Source: an uncultured Gammaproteobacteria bacterium (lineage in GTDB: Bacteria; Patescibacteriota; Patescibacteriia; UBA10025; JAHIVO01). From it: a DNA stretch of 64,000 nucleotides. The stretch spans positions 9,390-73,389 of the forward strand of contig CAYPXF010000001.1 in NCBI GenBank assembly GCA_964415025.1, read 5' to 3'. Shown piece after piece: positions 29,716 through 38,717 of this stretch. The translations under genes were made by a program, and so were the position numbers. The first letter of the stretch is position 1; each line of letters opens with the position of its first letter. A model generated the notes under the pieces. The model worked only from the letters and a program-made list of their open reading frames with translations, did no database searches and was not told the origin of the DNA.

Positions 29716-30837
29716 TCAGCAGGCATTATACAAGTCGCGCGTACGTTCAGCCATGATGCGCCAGCTAAACCGCTTTAACTGTTCTGAACCTGACGCACGG
29801 AGCTCATCCGCACGTTTTGGATCATCCAGTATGCTGCTAATAGTTTTTGCTATCTCCTCTGGATTATGCGGGTCAAAAAATACCGCCGCCTGGCCAAGTA
29901 TCTCTGGTAATGACGAGTTATTACTGGCCGCTACCGGCACATGATACAGGCATGCTTCGAGAGCTGGCAGGCCAAAACCTTCACAAAAGGATGGAAACAC
30001 ATACACTGACGCGCCGCGGTATATAGCAGCTAATTCTTCATCTGGAACAAATCCGGTAAAAACCACCTCTTGGGTAATGCCCCGCGTCGCCGCATAATCC
30101 TGGATACGTCGGAAAAAATAGTCCCGCTTGCCGACCAGTACGAGCTGATAGGCGGGGTAATGCTGAACAACTTTTGTATAGGCCCGCAGTAATCCCTCAA
30201 TATTTTTATGGGGGTAGGCGTTCCCCACGTAGAGAATGTATGGCGGGGAAATGGCGTACCGCTGCATAATTGTCCGGAAATCCTGATGCGGCTCTGGTAA
30301 TGGATCAACTGACTCATATGTCACGCTAATCTTTTCTGCTCGAATAGTAAAATGTTTTATAATATCCTGTTTAGTGAATTTTGAAACGGCTATTACGCGT
30401 CTTGCCCGGCGTACTGCGCTGCGAATTATAATCCGGTAGCTAATATGTTTGAGCCAGTACAGTAGCGGGCCGAGCGTGCTAGACCGCTGGGTTGGATAAC
30501 GAGCCAGGATTAAATCATGGATAGTGACGATAAACGGGCGGCGGTAGAGTAGCGGTACATTAAAATGCGTGAAGTGCACCAGATTGAGCTTGTACCGGAG
30601 CAATACTATCGGCAACATAATCTGCTCCTTGGCCGTGTACCAGCGGTAATCAGCCAGCACCTTATGAAAGCGTTCAGACGATGGCTGATACTCATGCCAA
30701 TTATCCCGGCGTAGAAAAATATAATACTCATTATCCGTATCGATTTGCTCAAGATATGAGATAAGCTTCTGGGTATAGCGCCCCAATCCTTTGCTTTGGG
30801 AGCCGTAAAATCTGGCGTCAATGCCAATACGTTTCAT
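29716..30837 (-). CDS. Glycosyltransferase family 1 (GT4)
   Basis: C-terminal FTGFVPDEELAAIYRGASVYVFPSFCEGFGLPALEA. Confidence 0.8.
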   Translation of the reverse strand: MKRIGIDARFYGSQSKGLGRYTQKLISYLEQIDTDNEYYIFLRRDNWHEYQPSSERFHKVLADYRWYTAKEQIMLPIVLLRYKLNLVHFTHFNVPLLYRRPFIVTIHDLILARYPTQRSSTLGPLLYWLKHISYRIIIRSAVRRARRVIAVSKFTKQDIIKHFTIRAEKISVTYESVDPLPEPHQDFRTIMQRYAISPPYILYVGNAYPHKNIEGLLRAYTKVVQHYPAYQLVLVGKRDYFFRRIQDYAATRGITQEVVFTGFVPDEELAAIYRGASVYVFPSFCEGFGLPALEACLYHVPVAASNNSSLPEILGQAAVFFDPHNPEEIAKTISSILDDPKRADELRASGSEQLKRFSWRIMAERTRDLYNAC

Positions 30838-31943
30838 ATGTTTGCTGCATTATTAATAATTGCCGCGGTTTTTCGTGCAGTTATGTCCCACGAATAGCGA
30901 CAGCTCTGCTGCTGGCCGCTACAAATCAGCTGGCTGCGGAGATTTCGATCTGTCACGATATTGACCATGGCTTTGGCGATTTCTTGCGCATTATACGGAT
31001 CTATCAGCAGCGCGGCATTACCGGCAACCTCGGGCAGGCTGGTACTAAAACTGGTTATCACCGGGACGCCTGCAGCCATAGCCTCGAGCACGGGTAAGCC
31101 AAATCCTTCATAGTACGACGGGTAGACAAACGCATCCGCCTGCTGCAATAGCGCTGCCTTTTCCTGTTCAGTAACATAGCCCAGCTGGTATATATGTTGC
31201 CTGGGTATTGATTTACGCATAAGCGCGTTTTTACCGGCCAGTACCAGCACATGGTCAGATAAATGTTTGCGGGCTATGCGCCACGCCTGGATAAAACCCC
31301 GGATATTTTTACGCGCCTCGAGTGTACCGACAAACAATATGTACGGCTTGGTCAGGCCGTAACGCGACCGGATAAAATCCCGATCATATCCACCAAAGCG
31401 AGCCGCCGTCTGCCCCAGTGGCGTTACATGGATTGTGGCAGGATCCAGGTCATATGCCATGCATACATCCTGTTTGGTGCTTTGCGAAACGCTGATGATT
31501 GCCGTCGCTTGATTGATTAGTCGTTCTGGCCTGACAAAGCGATGCCACCAGTATTGTTTGGCCCGATAAAATCCCCGGTAACGGAACGATAGGTCATGGA
31601 CAGTGAGTACCAGCTTGCATTGGGGCGAAACCGTACCGAAATGAATATTCGGCATGAAAAAAACATCAGCTCCGCCAACCATAGTATCTAAGTACGGTCT
31701 GCCCGCAGCAAACAGAGCGGTATTAAAAATTTTATTCGGCATACTGGAGGTGTGGACAGTAGCCGGTAAACTCCGCAGAAATGCACTGATGTGCTGTGGC
31801 AGACCGCGACAGGAATTATAAAAAAAGTGATAGTCATGACTATCCTCAAATGTCACTAAACGGCTGATGACTTGTTTTGTATATACCGGCACACCAGACG
31901 GGTACCGCTCTACCAATGATCGAATATCAATGCCAATGCGCAT
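30834..31943 (-). CDS. Glycosyltransferase family 1 (GT4)
   Basis: C-terminal YPSYYEGFGLPVLEAMAAGVPVITS. There is a 4-bp overlap with the downstream gene. Confidence 0.8.
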   Translation of the reverse strand: MRIGIDIRSLVERYPSGVPVYTKQVISRLVTFEDSHDYHFFYNSCRGLPQHISAFLRSLPATVHTSSMPNKIFNTALFAAGRPYLDTMVGGADVFFMPNIHFGTVSPQCKLVLTVHDLSFRYRGFYRAKQYWWHRFVRPERLINQATAIISVSQSTKQDVCMAYDLDPATIHVTPLGQTAARFGGYDRDFIRSRYGLTKPYILFVGTLEARKNIRGFIQAWRIARKHLSDHVLVLAGKNALMRKSIPRQHIYQLGYVTEQEKAALLQQADAFVYPSYYEGFGLPVLEAMAAGVPVITSFSTSLPEVAGNAALLIDPYNAQEIAKAMVNIVTDRNLRSQLICSGQQQSCRYSWDITARKTAAIINNAANI

Positions 31944-31952
31944 ACGCGCCCT

Positions 31953-32561
31953 TTAGCCTAAATCACGTTCCGGACGTTTCCAATACTCGATGAAATAAAC
32001 AGCCACGGTAGCTATGATAAATCCAGCCACAAGTCCGATAGCTGTATTTATAATCGGATCAGGTTTGTTCTCTACGATAACCGGCGTTGCCCCGACCACC
32101 TCGAAAAAGGCCTGTTGGTCACTGGTTTGATTAGCGGCCGTGGATTTTTCCTCTACCGTGCTGATAATAGCCTGGGCGATTTTATCAGCCGTGGCGTGAT
32201 CACGCTCCTGATACTGGACAACAATGTTTTGGGGTGAATATTTTCTGGTTCGGAATCGAGAACTGATTTCCTCAATCGATGAAATGTCAGGATCTATACC
32301 GGCTTGTCCATAGATCTCGAGCAATACTGATGGTGTCATAAACCAGCTCATCACGGTCTGGGAAAACAGATCAGATGCCTGAATAGCATAATAACCGTCA
32401 AACTGGTAGTCCTGTGTTGTTTGCTGGTTGATACGGTTTATAGAAAACGAAATCGAAGTATCAAAATAAACCGGCCGTACAAAAGAAAAAATTAGTGCTG
32501 CGGCACCGGCTACAACGGTTATGCTCATGATGGCAACCTTATATTTCCTCATACTGTTCAT
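31953..32561 (-). CDS. Small Wzz-like membrane protein (possible polysaccharide chain-length determinant)
   Basis: 202 aa with a TM helix at each end and a ~140-aa extracytoplasmic domain between them. This is the Wzz topology, and the gene lies in a polysaccharide locus. Confidence 0.4.
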   Translation of the reverse strand: MNSMRKYKVAIMSITVVAGAAALIFSFVRPVYFDTSISFSINRINQQTTQDYQFDGYYAIQASDLFSQTVMSWFMTPSVLLEIYGQAGIDPDISSIEEISSRFRTRKYSPQNIVVQYQERDHATADKIAQAIISTVEEKSTAANQTSDQQAFFEVVGATPVIVENKPDPIINTAIGLVAGFIIATVAVYFIEYWKRPERDLG

Positions 32562-32579
32562 ATAATATCCTTAAATGTA

Positions 32580-33683
32580 TTATGCCGTAAAATTGAAGTT
32601 TTGCCAAGCGTTTTCTATATATGACTTTATTCTATTTTTAAAAACGCTGGTATCAAACTCTTCGGCATGGGCCCGTACTGCCGCTGGATCAAATTGCTCT
32701 GGTTTGAAATGAATCACCGTATCAGCCAGCGCCTCCCATGATTGCTCATCAAACAGCATACCGGTTTTGCCTGGCACTACAGTTTCCAGTGCGCCGCCCG
32801 CTTCATAGGCAATCACCGGCCGACCGCAAGCCATAGCCTCGAGCGGAGTTATGCCAAAATCCTCTTCCTGGGGATGGATGAGCGCTTTACATCCGGAAAT
32901 ATAGTGATTTATCTTTTTATCAGGCACAAATCCGAGGAATTTAATATGTGGCCCGGCCATGGCTTCCAGCCGTTCTCGCTCTTCCCCCTCGCCGATTACA
33001 TATAGCGGCAGTCCTAATTTATTAAATGCCTGCACCGCTAAATCAACGCGTTTGTATGGGCGCAGCCGTGATACTATCAAAAAGTAATCCTCAATACGGG
33101 AACTAACGGAAAACCTGTCCACCTCTATCGGGGGATTGATAACAGTACTGTCATGCTGATAATATTTTTTTATACGGTGCGCGACAAACCTCGAATTGGC
33201 TATAAACGTATCAACCCGGTCAGCCGCCAGCCGATCCCATATCCGCAAATAACTGCGGTATAGCTGTGAAGCGCGGCCGATGAAACGCCGCCGCTCGAGC
33301 TTATCGATAACTTGATTATGGTCGCTCCATAAATACCGTGTCGGGGTATGACAGTAACACACGTGCATGGTACGCGGCGGCGTGATAATCCCTTTGGCCA
33401 GACCGGAGCTGTCAGACAATACCACGTCAAAACCTGACAAATCATAGCTCTCGGTAGCCGGTACCATCATCGGCAAATACCAGCGGAATTTTTTCCGGGC
33501 GAGCGGAAATCTGCTAATAAATGACTGCCTGATAGCACACCCATCAAACACGTGCTGCGTTTTGTCAGCATCATAAATTAACGTGTAAATCGGTGCGTCG
33601 GGATATAATTCGCTGAACGCCTTGAGCACGCGCTCTGCCCCTCCGAGCTGATTTAGGTGGTCATGGACCAGGGCGATTTTCAT
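32580..33683 (-). CDS. Glycosyltransferase family 1 (GT4)
   Basis: N-terminal MKIALVHDHLNQLGGAERV, with C-terminal EDFGITPLEAMACGRPVIAYEAGG. Confidence 0.8.
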   Translation of the reverse strand: MKIALVHDHLNQLGGAERVLKAFSELYPDAPIYTLIYDADKTQHVFDGCAIRQSFISRFPLARKKFRWYLPMMVPATESYDLSGFDVVLSDSSGLAKGIITPPRTMHVCYCHTPTRYLWSDHNQVIDKLERRRFIGRASQLYRSYLRIWDRLAADRVDTFIANSRFVAHRIKKYYQHDSTVINPPIEVDRFSVSSRIEDYFLIVSRLRPYKRVDLAVQAFNKLGLPLYVIGEGEERERLEAMAGPHIKFLGFVPDKKINHYISGCKALIHPQEEDFGITPLEAMACGRPVIAYEAGGALETVVPGKTGMLFDEQSWEALADTVIHFKPEQFDPAAVRAHAEEFDTSVFKNRIKSYIENAWQNFNFTA

Positions 33684-33686
33684 AGG

Positions 33687-35135
33687 CTAGGCAGCTGTCT
33701 TTGCGCTCAAAACAACCCACGGTGTCTTGAGCAGTATTTGGAAATCAAGTTTAGGTGACCAATTCTCTATGTAGTATATGTCAAGTTTGGCCTCATCTTC
33801 GAAGTGTAAATCGGAACGGCCGGACACCTGTGCCAACCCCGTCATGCCAGGCTTAATAGTTAAGAGTGTCTGATGCCAGCGCTCATACTTAGATACTTCC
33901 TCTGGCTCATGCGGTCGGGGGCCAACTAAACTCATCTCGCCCTTGAGCACATTGATGAGTTGGGGAAATTCATCGAGGCTTGTTTTCCGCAGTATTCTCC
34001 CGACCCGAGTGATGCGTGGGTCGTCCTTTATCTTGAATAAGGGGCCGTCAGATCGTTCATTATAACGTAATAAATCTTTTTTTAATTGCTGTGCGTTTCT
34101 AACCATTGATCTGAACTTGTACAGCGTAAACCGTTGTCCCCGTTCACCGACACGCTCCAGCCGGGCAAACACGCCACCTTGCGAATCGACTACAATGCAC
34201 ACCGCGACAATCATAAATACTGGTGACAGCATGATGAGCAGTAACAACGACAAGGTAAAGTCAAGTCCGCGTTTAAATATCCTGCCCCACCCGTCTAGCT
34301 TCGTACGCTGGACCTCGATAATCGGGATGCCCGCTATCATATTAATTCTAATATGGGTCGGCTGAACCTCAAATAAATCAGTCGCGTATTTGAAGGTAAT
34401 GTGGTAATCAGCGCAGGCGTTGCGTATGGCGATGACCTGCTCTTTTGGCAGGTGGGCATCGGTCTGAATTATTTCGTCAATTGTTTCTGTATTAATTTTT
34501 TTTATGAACTCATGCTGCGCAGTTTCGTCAAACTGATCATAGTGATCAATAATTTTATATCCCTGTGAGGGATATTTATGGATGTGCTTAATGATATCTT
34601 CAGTGGTCTTGTTGCTGCCAATGATAACTACATTATGCAATCCTGTGCCCTTTTTCAGCAAAGCTCGCTGAATGCCGCGTACGATTAAACGGCCAATGCT
34701 GACCATGAATATAGAAAATATCCAGCCAAAAATGACGATAAACCTGGATGAAAACAATTCACGCTGAAAAAATATTATAATAATGACCAAAGCAATCGCC
34801 GCGGTACAAGCGACAAATACCGTGGTAATCTCATCGATCAGCCGTCGCGTGCTTTTTATGGCATAGAGGCCGGACAAGGCAAATATTATTATAAATACAA
34901 ACGGAATAATAAATAGTACCTGCATATAGTCACGCAAGACTATCTCCGTAACAATCGGCTTAATGTCCGTAAAAAAGGGCACAAAGCGCAATTGGTAAGC
35001 AAAAATACCCGCACAAATAACCATGAAGTAATCAACGGGTATTAATATCGCACTGAAAATTAATTCAGACTTCTTCATATAATAGAGGTGGTAAGCTCCA
35101 GCAGGATCATAAGCCGAATTCTGTCCCGCCCGCAC
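33687..35135 (-). CDS. Polyprenyl glycosylphosphotransferase (WbaP/WcaJ-type priming sugar transferase)
   Basis: 5 N-terminal TM helices and a C-terminal bacterial sugar-transferase domain: KRGLDFTLSLLLLIMLSPVFMIVAVCI...YKFRSM...DEFPQLINVLKGEMSLVGPRP. Confidence 0.85.
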   Translation of the reverse strand: MRAGQNSAYDPAGAYHLYYMKKSELIFSAILIPVDYFMVICAGIFAYQLRFVPFFTDIKPIVTEIVLRDYMQVLFIIPFVFIIIFALSGLYAIKSTRRLIDEITTVFVACTAAIALVIIIIFFQRELFSSRFIVIFGWIFSIFMVSIGRLIVRGIQRALLKKGTGLHNVVIIGSNKTTEDIIKHIHKYPSQGYKIIDHYDQFDETAQHEFIKKINTETIDEIIQTDAHLPKEQVIAIRNACADYHITFKYATDLFEVQPTHIRINMIAGIPIIEVQRTKLDGWGRIFKRGLDFTLSLLLLIMLSPVFMIVAVCIVVDSQGGVFARLERVGERGQRFTLYKFRSMVRNAQQLKKDLLRYNERSDGPLFKIKDDPRITRVGRILRKTSLDEFPQLINVLKGEMSLVGPRPHEPEEVSKYERWHQTLLTIKPGMTGLAQVSGRSDLHFEDEAKLDIYYIENWSPKLDFQILLKTPWVVLSAKTAA

Positions 35136-35713
35136 CGTCAGACGGTGAAGGGGTAATGGTTATCTATCTTGTCCTGATATTGCTATCAGGATCATGCAAC
35201 CAACCCACCCCCACGCCTTTTATGTACGCCTTTATTACAGTTTTTTCTGTGAATGATGATGGCATCAAGCAAAACAGCAGTTTATATGCTCTATAATAGT
35301 ACACAAAAGGTGTGGGGGTCTACTTGGTCTTGCACCGGATAGGGTTTTTCACGCCAGCATGTCACCATACTGACCTGTGAGCTCTTACCTCACCGCTTTT
35401 CACCTTTACCCCCACACTGATACTTTTATTACTAGTATAATCGATTACTTGAACAAGAGTATCAGTGTGGGGGCAGTATCGTCTCTGTGACACTTTCCCT
35501 AGAATTCTGCTTTTTAAAAGGCTATAGCGCTCTTAAAAAATACGTTACTTCTGGTCGCATTTCGCGACTATCCTTGGCATCTTTGTCATAAAACAAAGAA
35601 GGGTGTTCGGACTTTCCTCTCCCCACACCAATACTTTCATTTATCGCTACTATCGGGCGTTGAAACGATAATATTGGTGTGGGGAGCAACCATCTCACCT
35701 CCTGGAGCTTACT
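35087..35713 (-). ncRNA. rnpB: RNase P RNA (bacterial type A-like), unusually long (~625 nt) because of extended P3 and extra inserted helices
   Basis: Conserved blocks read on the minus strand. AGAGGAAAGUCCG (plus 35608-35620) is the P4 5' strand. GGUAAAGGUGAAAAGCGGUGAGGUAAGAGCUCACAG (plus 35375-35410) is the P10-P12 block. GUGAAAAACCCUAUCCGGUGCAAGACCAAGUAG (plus 35320-35352) is the P13 block. ACAGAAUUCGGCUUAU (plus 35109-35124) is the P4 3' strand, with a compensatory change that preserves P4 (AAG-U-CCGAA pairs with UUCGGCUU). The closing helix GUAAGCUCCAG/CUGGAGCUUAC lies at 35703-35713 and 35087-35097. Confidence 0.8.
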
Positions 35714-35798
35714 AACGATAATAGCGAAATTGTCCATATTTGTCAACTCCTATGGCTGTGCTATGCTAATTGTAAACAATCTCCTATAGTAATTCTAT

Positions 35799-36494
35799 AT
35801 GCTTGTTATTGCCCACCGTGGCGTCAGTAGTGAGCAGCACGAAAACACCCTATCGGCATTTGCAAAAGCACTCGACTATAAATGTACCATGGTTGAATGT
35901 GACGTGCATTGCTGTGCTTCAGGAGAACCAGTTGTACATCATGATGAGAATATCAATCACCCGCCTTTCCCCGGTAAACCAATTTCGCGTCTGACTTTGT
36001 CACAGTTAAAAACCGTCTCATTGCCCCAGGGCCAATCCATCCCGACCTTCAATGAACTGCTTACTCTTTTACGCGGCCAGACAAATATAAATATTGAGCT
36101 GAAAGGCAGGGCTACAGCAGCGCCAATCAGCCGACTTATTCAAATCCAGCTTTGGCGCGGCGCATGGCGCCCGGAACAGTTTCTCATCTCTTCATTTGCA
36201 CCGCGTGAACTGTTACGGAGCAAGCAGCTATTGCCAGACATCCGGCACGCATTGATTAGCATCAATTGGCCGATCCTGATACGGTTGTACAAACGTGCCA
36301 TGCCGCTATATTCGCTCCATATGGATGCCCATCATTTTCGACCACGACACATATCCCGTGCCCACCGACTCGGGCTGAAATTGTATTGCTATACGGTGAA
36401 TGATCCTGATCATGCCGCCGGACTAAAAGGACATGGCGTTGACGGGATATTCAGTGATATGCCGCATATGATACGGCATACGACACTCGAGTAG
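35799..36494 (+). CDS. Glycerophosphodiester phosphodiesterase family protein
   Basis: N-terminal MLVIAHRGVSSEQHENTLSAFAKAL...VECDVH has the GDPD HR(G)...E.D.H catalytic motifs. Confidence 0.8.
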   Translation: MLVIAHRGVSSEQHENTLSAFAKALDYKCTMVECDVHCCASGEPVVHHDENINHPPFPGKPISRLTLSQLKTVSLPQGQSIPTFNELLTLLRGQTNINIELKGRATAAPISRLIQIQLWRGAWRPEQFLISSFAPRELLRSKQLLPDIRHALISINWPILIRLYKRAMPLYSLHMDAHHFRPRHISRAHRLGLKLYCYTVNDPDHAAGLKGHGVDGIFSDMPHMIRHTTLE

Positions 36495-37382
36495 TTAGGA
36501 TGTCCCTGCAATCAAGTAGTTTTTGAAAAACTGGATTACATTTTTTTCGTAATTTGCTTCGTTAATAGTGTACGTATTCTCATGATCTGCATCACGGACC
36601 AGCCAAAACTCCTTCAGCCACGGTGCTGAACGGTGAAATTCCACTGCATCAGCCAGCGGGATTCGTTTATCATGTGCGCCGTGAATTATCATCAGCGGCC
36701 GGGCCTGTAGACGATCAATATAGGTAACCGGATTAATCCGGGGGTAGTATATCCCGGTACGTAGTTTTATTACCCAAAGCACGAAATAACCCATGGGGAA
36801 AAATGGCAGACCCTTGAAATAGCGCTGAAAATTATTCCAGATAACTGTTTTGAACCGGGCATAGGTGGAGTTGATGACGATTGCTTTTATTTCCGGGAGA
36901 TCCCCAGATTTCATCAGCGCCACCGCGCCGCCCATGGAAAAGCCGAGCACGCCGATGCGTTCAGCATCAATATCTTTCCTGTTTTTGAGATACTGGACCG
37001 CCCCTTCTAGATCCGCTTGTTCTTTGCTGCCGAATGTAATAAATGATCCTTCGCTCTGCCCTGATGCACGAAAATCAAATATTAAAATATTATATCCCGC
37101 GCGATTCAAAAACAGGGCATGCGGAATCATCTGTTCTTTTGATCGGCCATAGCCGTGCAGTAAAATAATGGTATGGCTATTGGTACCATGCAAAAAAACG
37201 CCAGCAAGCTTAAGGCCGTCGCTGGAAAAGAATGAGATATGTTCATAATCAGCCCCCTGTTTGTCCCAATCGTAGGCAATCAATTCTCGGGGCTTTTTCA
37301 TGATACGACTGGCAATAACCCAAGAAAATCCCACCATGAAAAAAAGCAACAACAGTACCAATAAAACAATGTTTATAATCAT
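36495..37382 (-). CDS. Alpha/beta-fold hydrolase with an N-terminal membrane anchor
   Basis: N-terminal TM helix. The nucleophile elbow is GFSMGGAVA, and LLHGYGRSKEQ marks the lid region. Confidence 0.7.
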   Translation of the reverse strand: MIINIVLLVLLLLFFMVGFSWVIASRIMKKPRELIAYDWDKQGADYEHISFFSSDGLKLAGVFLHGTNSHTIILLHGYGRSKEQMIPHALFLNRAGYNILIFDFRASGQSEGSFITFGSKEQADLEGAVQYLKNRKDIDAERIGVLGFSMGGAVALMKSGDLPEIKAIVINSTYARFKTVIWNNFQRYFKGLPFFPMGYFVLWVIKLRTGIYYPRINPVTYIDRLQARPLMIIHGAHDKRIPLADAVEFHRSAPWLKEFWLVRDADHENTYTINEANYEKNVIQFFKNYLIAGTS

Positions 37383-37388
37383 ACGGTA

Positions 37389-37796
37389 TTATAGTGCCTG
37401 ATCTATGGCCTGATTAACAAGTTTGTCAGCCTCGGTATTTTTTTCCCGCGGGATATGATGAAAAGAAACGCGCTTAAACCGCACCGCCAGGTTCCAAATC
37501 TGTACAAAAATTAATCCCAGACTTTGATTTTTAATTCTGGCCTTCCGGCTCAATTGATTAACAACCAACTCGCTGTCTGTATACACCTCAATTTCCTGGA
37601 CACCGAGCTGTTTGGCCTGTTGGAGAGCTGCTAAAACGGCTTTATACTCTGCCTGGTTGTTGGTCGCTCTACCGATGTACTCCTTACCTTCTCGGATAAT
37701 TTTGTCACCAGATTTAATAACGTAGCCAATACCAGCTGGTCCTGGATTACCGCGAGCTCCTCCGTCAGTGTAAATAGTTAATCGTGTATATGGCAT
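37389..37796 (-). CDS. rnhA: Ribonuclease HI
   Basis: TIYTDGGARGNPGPAGIGYVI...YTDSELVVNQL...EADKLVNQA. The DEDD catalytic residue contexts match RNase H type 1. Confidence 0.85.
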   Translation of the reverse strand: MPYTRLTIYTDGGARGNPGPAGIGYVIKSGDKIIREGKEYIGRATNNQAEYKAVLAALQQAKQLGVQEIEVYTDSELVVNQLSRKARIKNQSLGLIFVQIWNLAVRFKRVSFHHIPREKNTEADKLVNQAIDQAL

Positions 37797-37951
37797 AACT
37801 ATGATAAAACAAAATGTTCTGCGGTAAGTAATTCATCAACTGCATACCGGGAAAATCCGGTAAAAGCTTTTCCTCCCTCTAATTGCGAGGCGTGCTGGCG
37901 TAAAGCCGTTTTCTTAACCTCACCGTCAATTGGTATGGTTATGGTAGGTGT

Positions 37952-38393
37952 TTAGAACGCCAGGCGATCAATATAGTGCGGTGCCTGGCGGCGCCTGGTT
38001 AGCCATTCAGCCGCTGATTGCTGCAGCCGTAATGGCAATGTCGCTGCGGCAAATGGTAAGTGGCATTGAGCTGCTAATTGTTGCGCTCGTGCTTCCACCG
38101 CTATATGATCCACATGACCGGATATGCCATCGGGACCAAAACTAATGATTATCTCTGGCCGAAATGATCGTATTACCTCATCTCCTTTTGCACGCACCTC
38201 GTCGCTGTGCCGTGAAACGTGACGTACCGCTTGGACCGGGCGTGGCACACACGAGCGCATTACCCCCGCCCGCTTCAATATTTTTGTGCAAGGTTCCGGC
38301 AGCAACATAGCTCTCGTCTTCAGGATGAGCAGTAATCATGAAAATCTTCTTGCCTAGAAAAGTTTTCATTCTAACATTCTTAAGAATGTTCAA
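37952..38393 (-). pseudogene. PIG-L/LmbE-family N-acetylglucosaminyl deacetylase, split by a frameshift into two ORFs (38178..38393 and 37952..38308)
   Basis: The N-terminal frame has MITAHPEDESYVAAGTL (HPDDE motif). The -1/+1 frame has RPEIIISFGPDGISGHVDHIAV (HxDH motif). The two frames overlap by 131 nt (38178-38308), and a C5 homopolymer at 38276-38280 is a plausible indel site. The true start is probably the ATG at 38369, after the TTG inside the operator palindrome. Confidence 0.55.
38373..38390. promoter_or_regulatory. 18-bp perfect palindrome AACATTCTTAAGAATGTT, a candidate ArsR-family operator overlapping the RBS of the PIG-L gene
   Basis: Perfect dyad. A second identical copy lies at 38700-38717 in front of arsR1. 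Each copy sits 4 to 21 nt upstream of an ATG start. Confidence 0.5.
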
Positions 38394-38696
38394 TTAAATC
38401 TTACCGGTCTTCGCACGACTGCCCAGTATTTGCCGGCAAACACCAGACCCCCTGAATGAATCTGCCAGTGAATAATAATGGTATTTCCCTTTTCGTATCC
38501 GTTGCACCATACCTTCACGCTCAAGCCGATTAAGGTGGAATGAAGCAGTTTTATACGAAAATTTCAGTTCACAAGTAATTGACATTACTGAATGCGGTTT
38601 TTTTGCAATCGTTTTAATAATCATCATTCGTCGTTCATTGCTTAATGCTCTGAACGCCCGAGCAAGCTGCTTTATAGTATACGTCATATTATTCAT
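38394..38696 (-). CDS. ArsR/SmtB-family transcriptional regulator. No metal-sensing CxC or DxHx10H motifs are visible.
   Basis: LSNERRMMIIKTIAKKPHSVMSITCELKFSYKTASFHLNRLEREGMVQRIRKGKYHYYSL is a winged helix of ArsR type. The ORF-track start (38720) is a TTG inside the palindrome, and the likely true start is the ATG at 38696 (MNNMTYTIKQL). Confidence 0.8.
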   Translation of the reverse strand: MNNMTYTIKQLARAFRALSNERRMMIIKTIAKKPHSVMSITCELKFSYKTASFHLNRLEREGMVQRIRKGKYHYYSLADSFRGSGVCRQILGSRAKTGKI

Positions 38697-38699
38697 TCT

Positions 38700-38717
38700 A
38701 ACATTCTTAAGAATGTT
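38700..38717. promoter_or_regulatory. Second copy of the AACATTCTTAAGAATGTT palindrome, immediately upstream of arsR1 (autoregulatory operator candidate)
   Basis: The 34-bp block cattctaacattcttaagaatgttcaa is duplicated at 38367-38400 and 38694-38727. Confidence 0.5.

Noticed and set aside
35409-35686. Two ~65-bp perfect-armed inverted repeats (CCCCCACACTGATACT...AGTATCAGTGTGGGGG and CTCCCCACACCAATA...TATTGGTGTGGGGAG), plus a third long-range pair. These were first read as MITE/REP-like palindromic elements or regulator sites.
   Set aside because: They sit exactly where P3 and an inserted helix of RNase P RNA fall, once the GAGGAAAGUCC, P10-P12 and P4 3' motifs are recognised on the minus strand. 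They are RNA helices of rnpB, not mobile elements.
35522-35746. 74-aa ORF on the minus strand
   Set aside because: It lies wholly inside the rnpB gene and has no homology features, so it is a spurious ORF.
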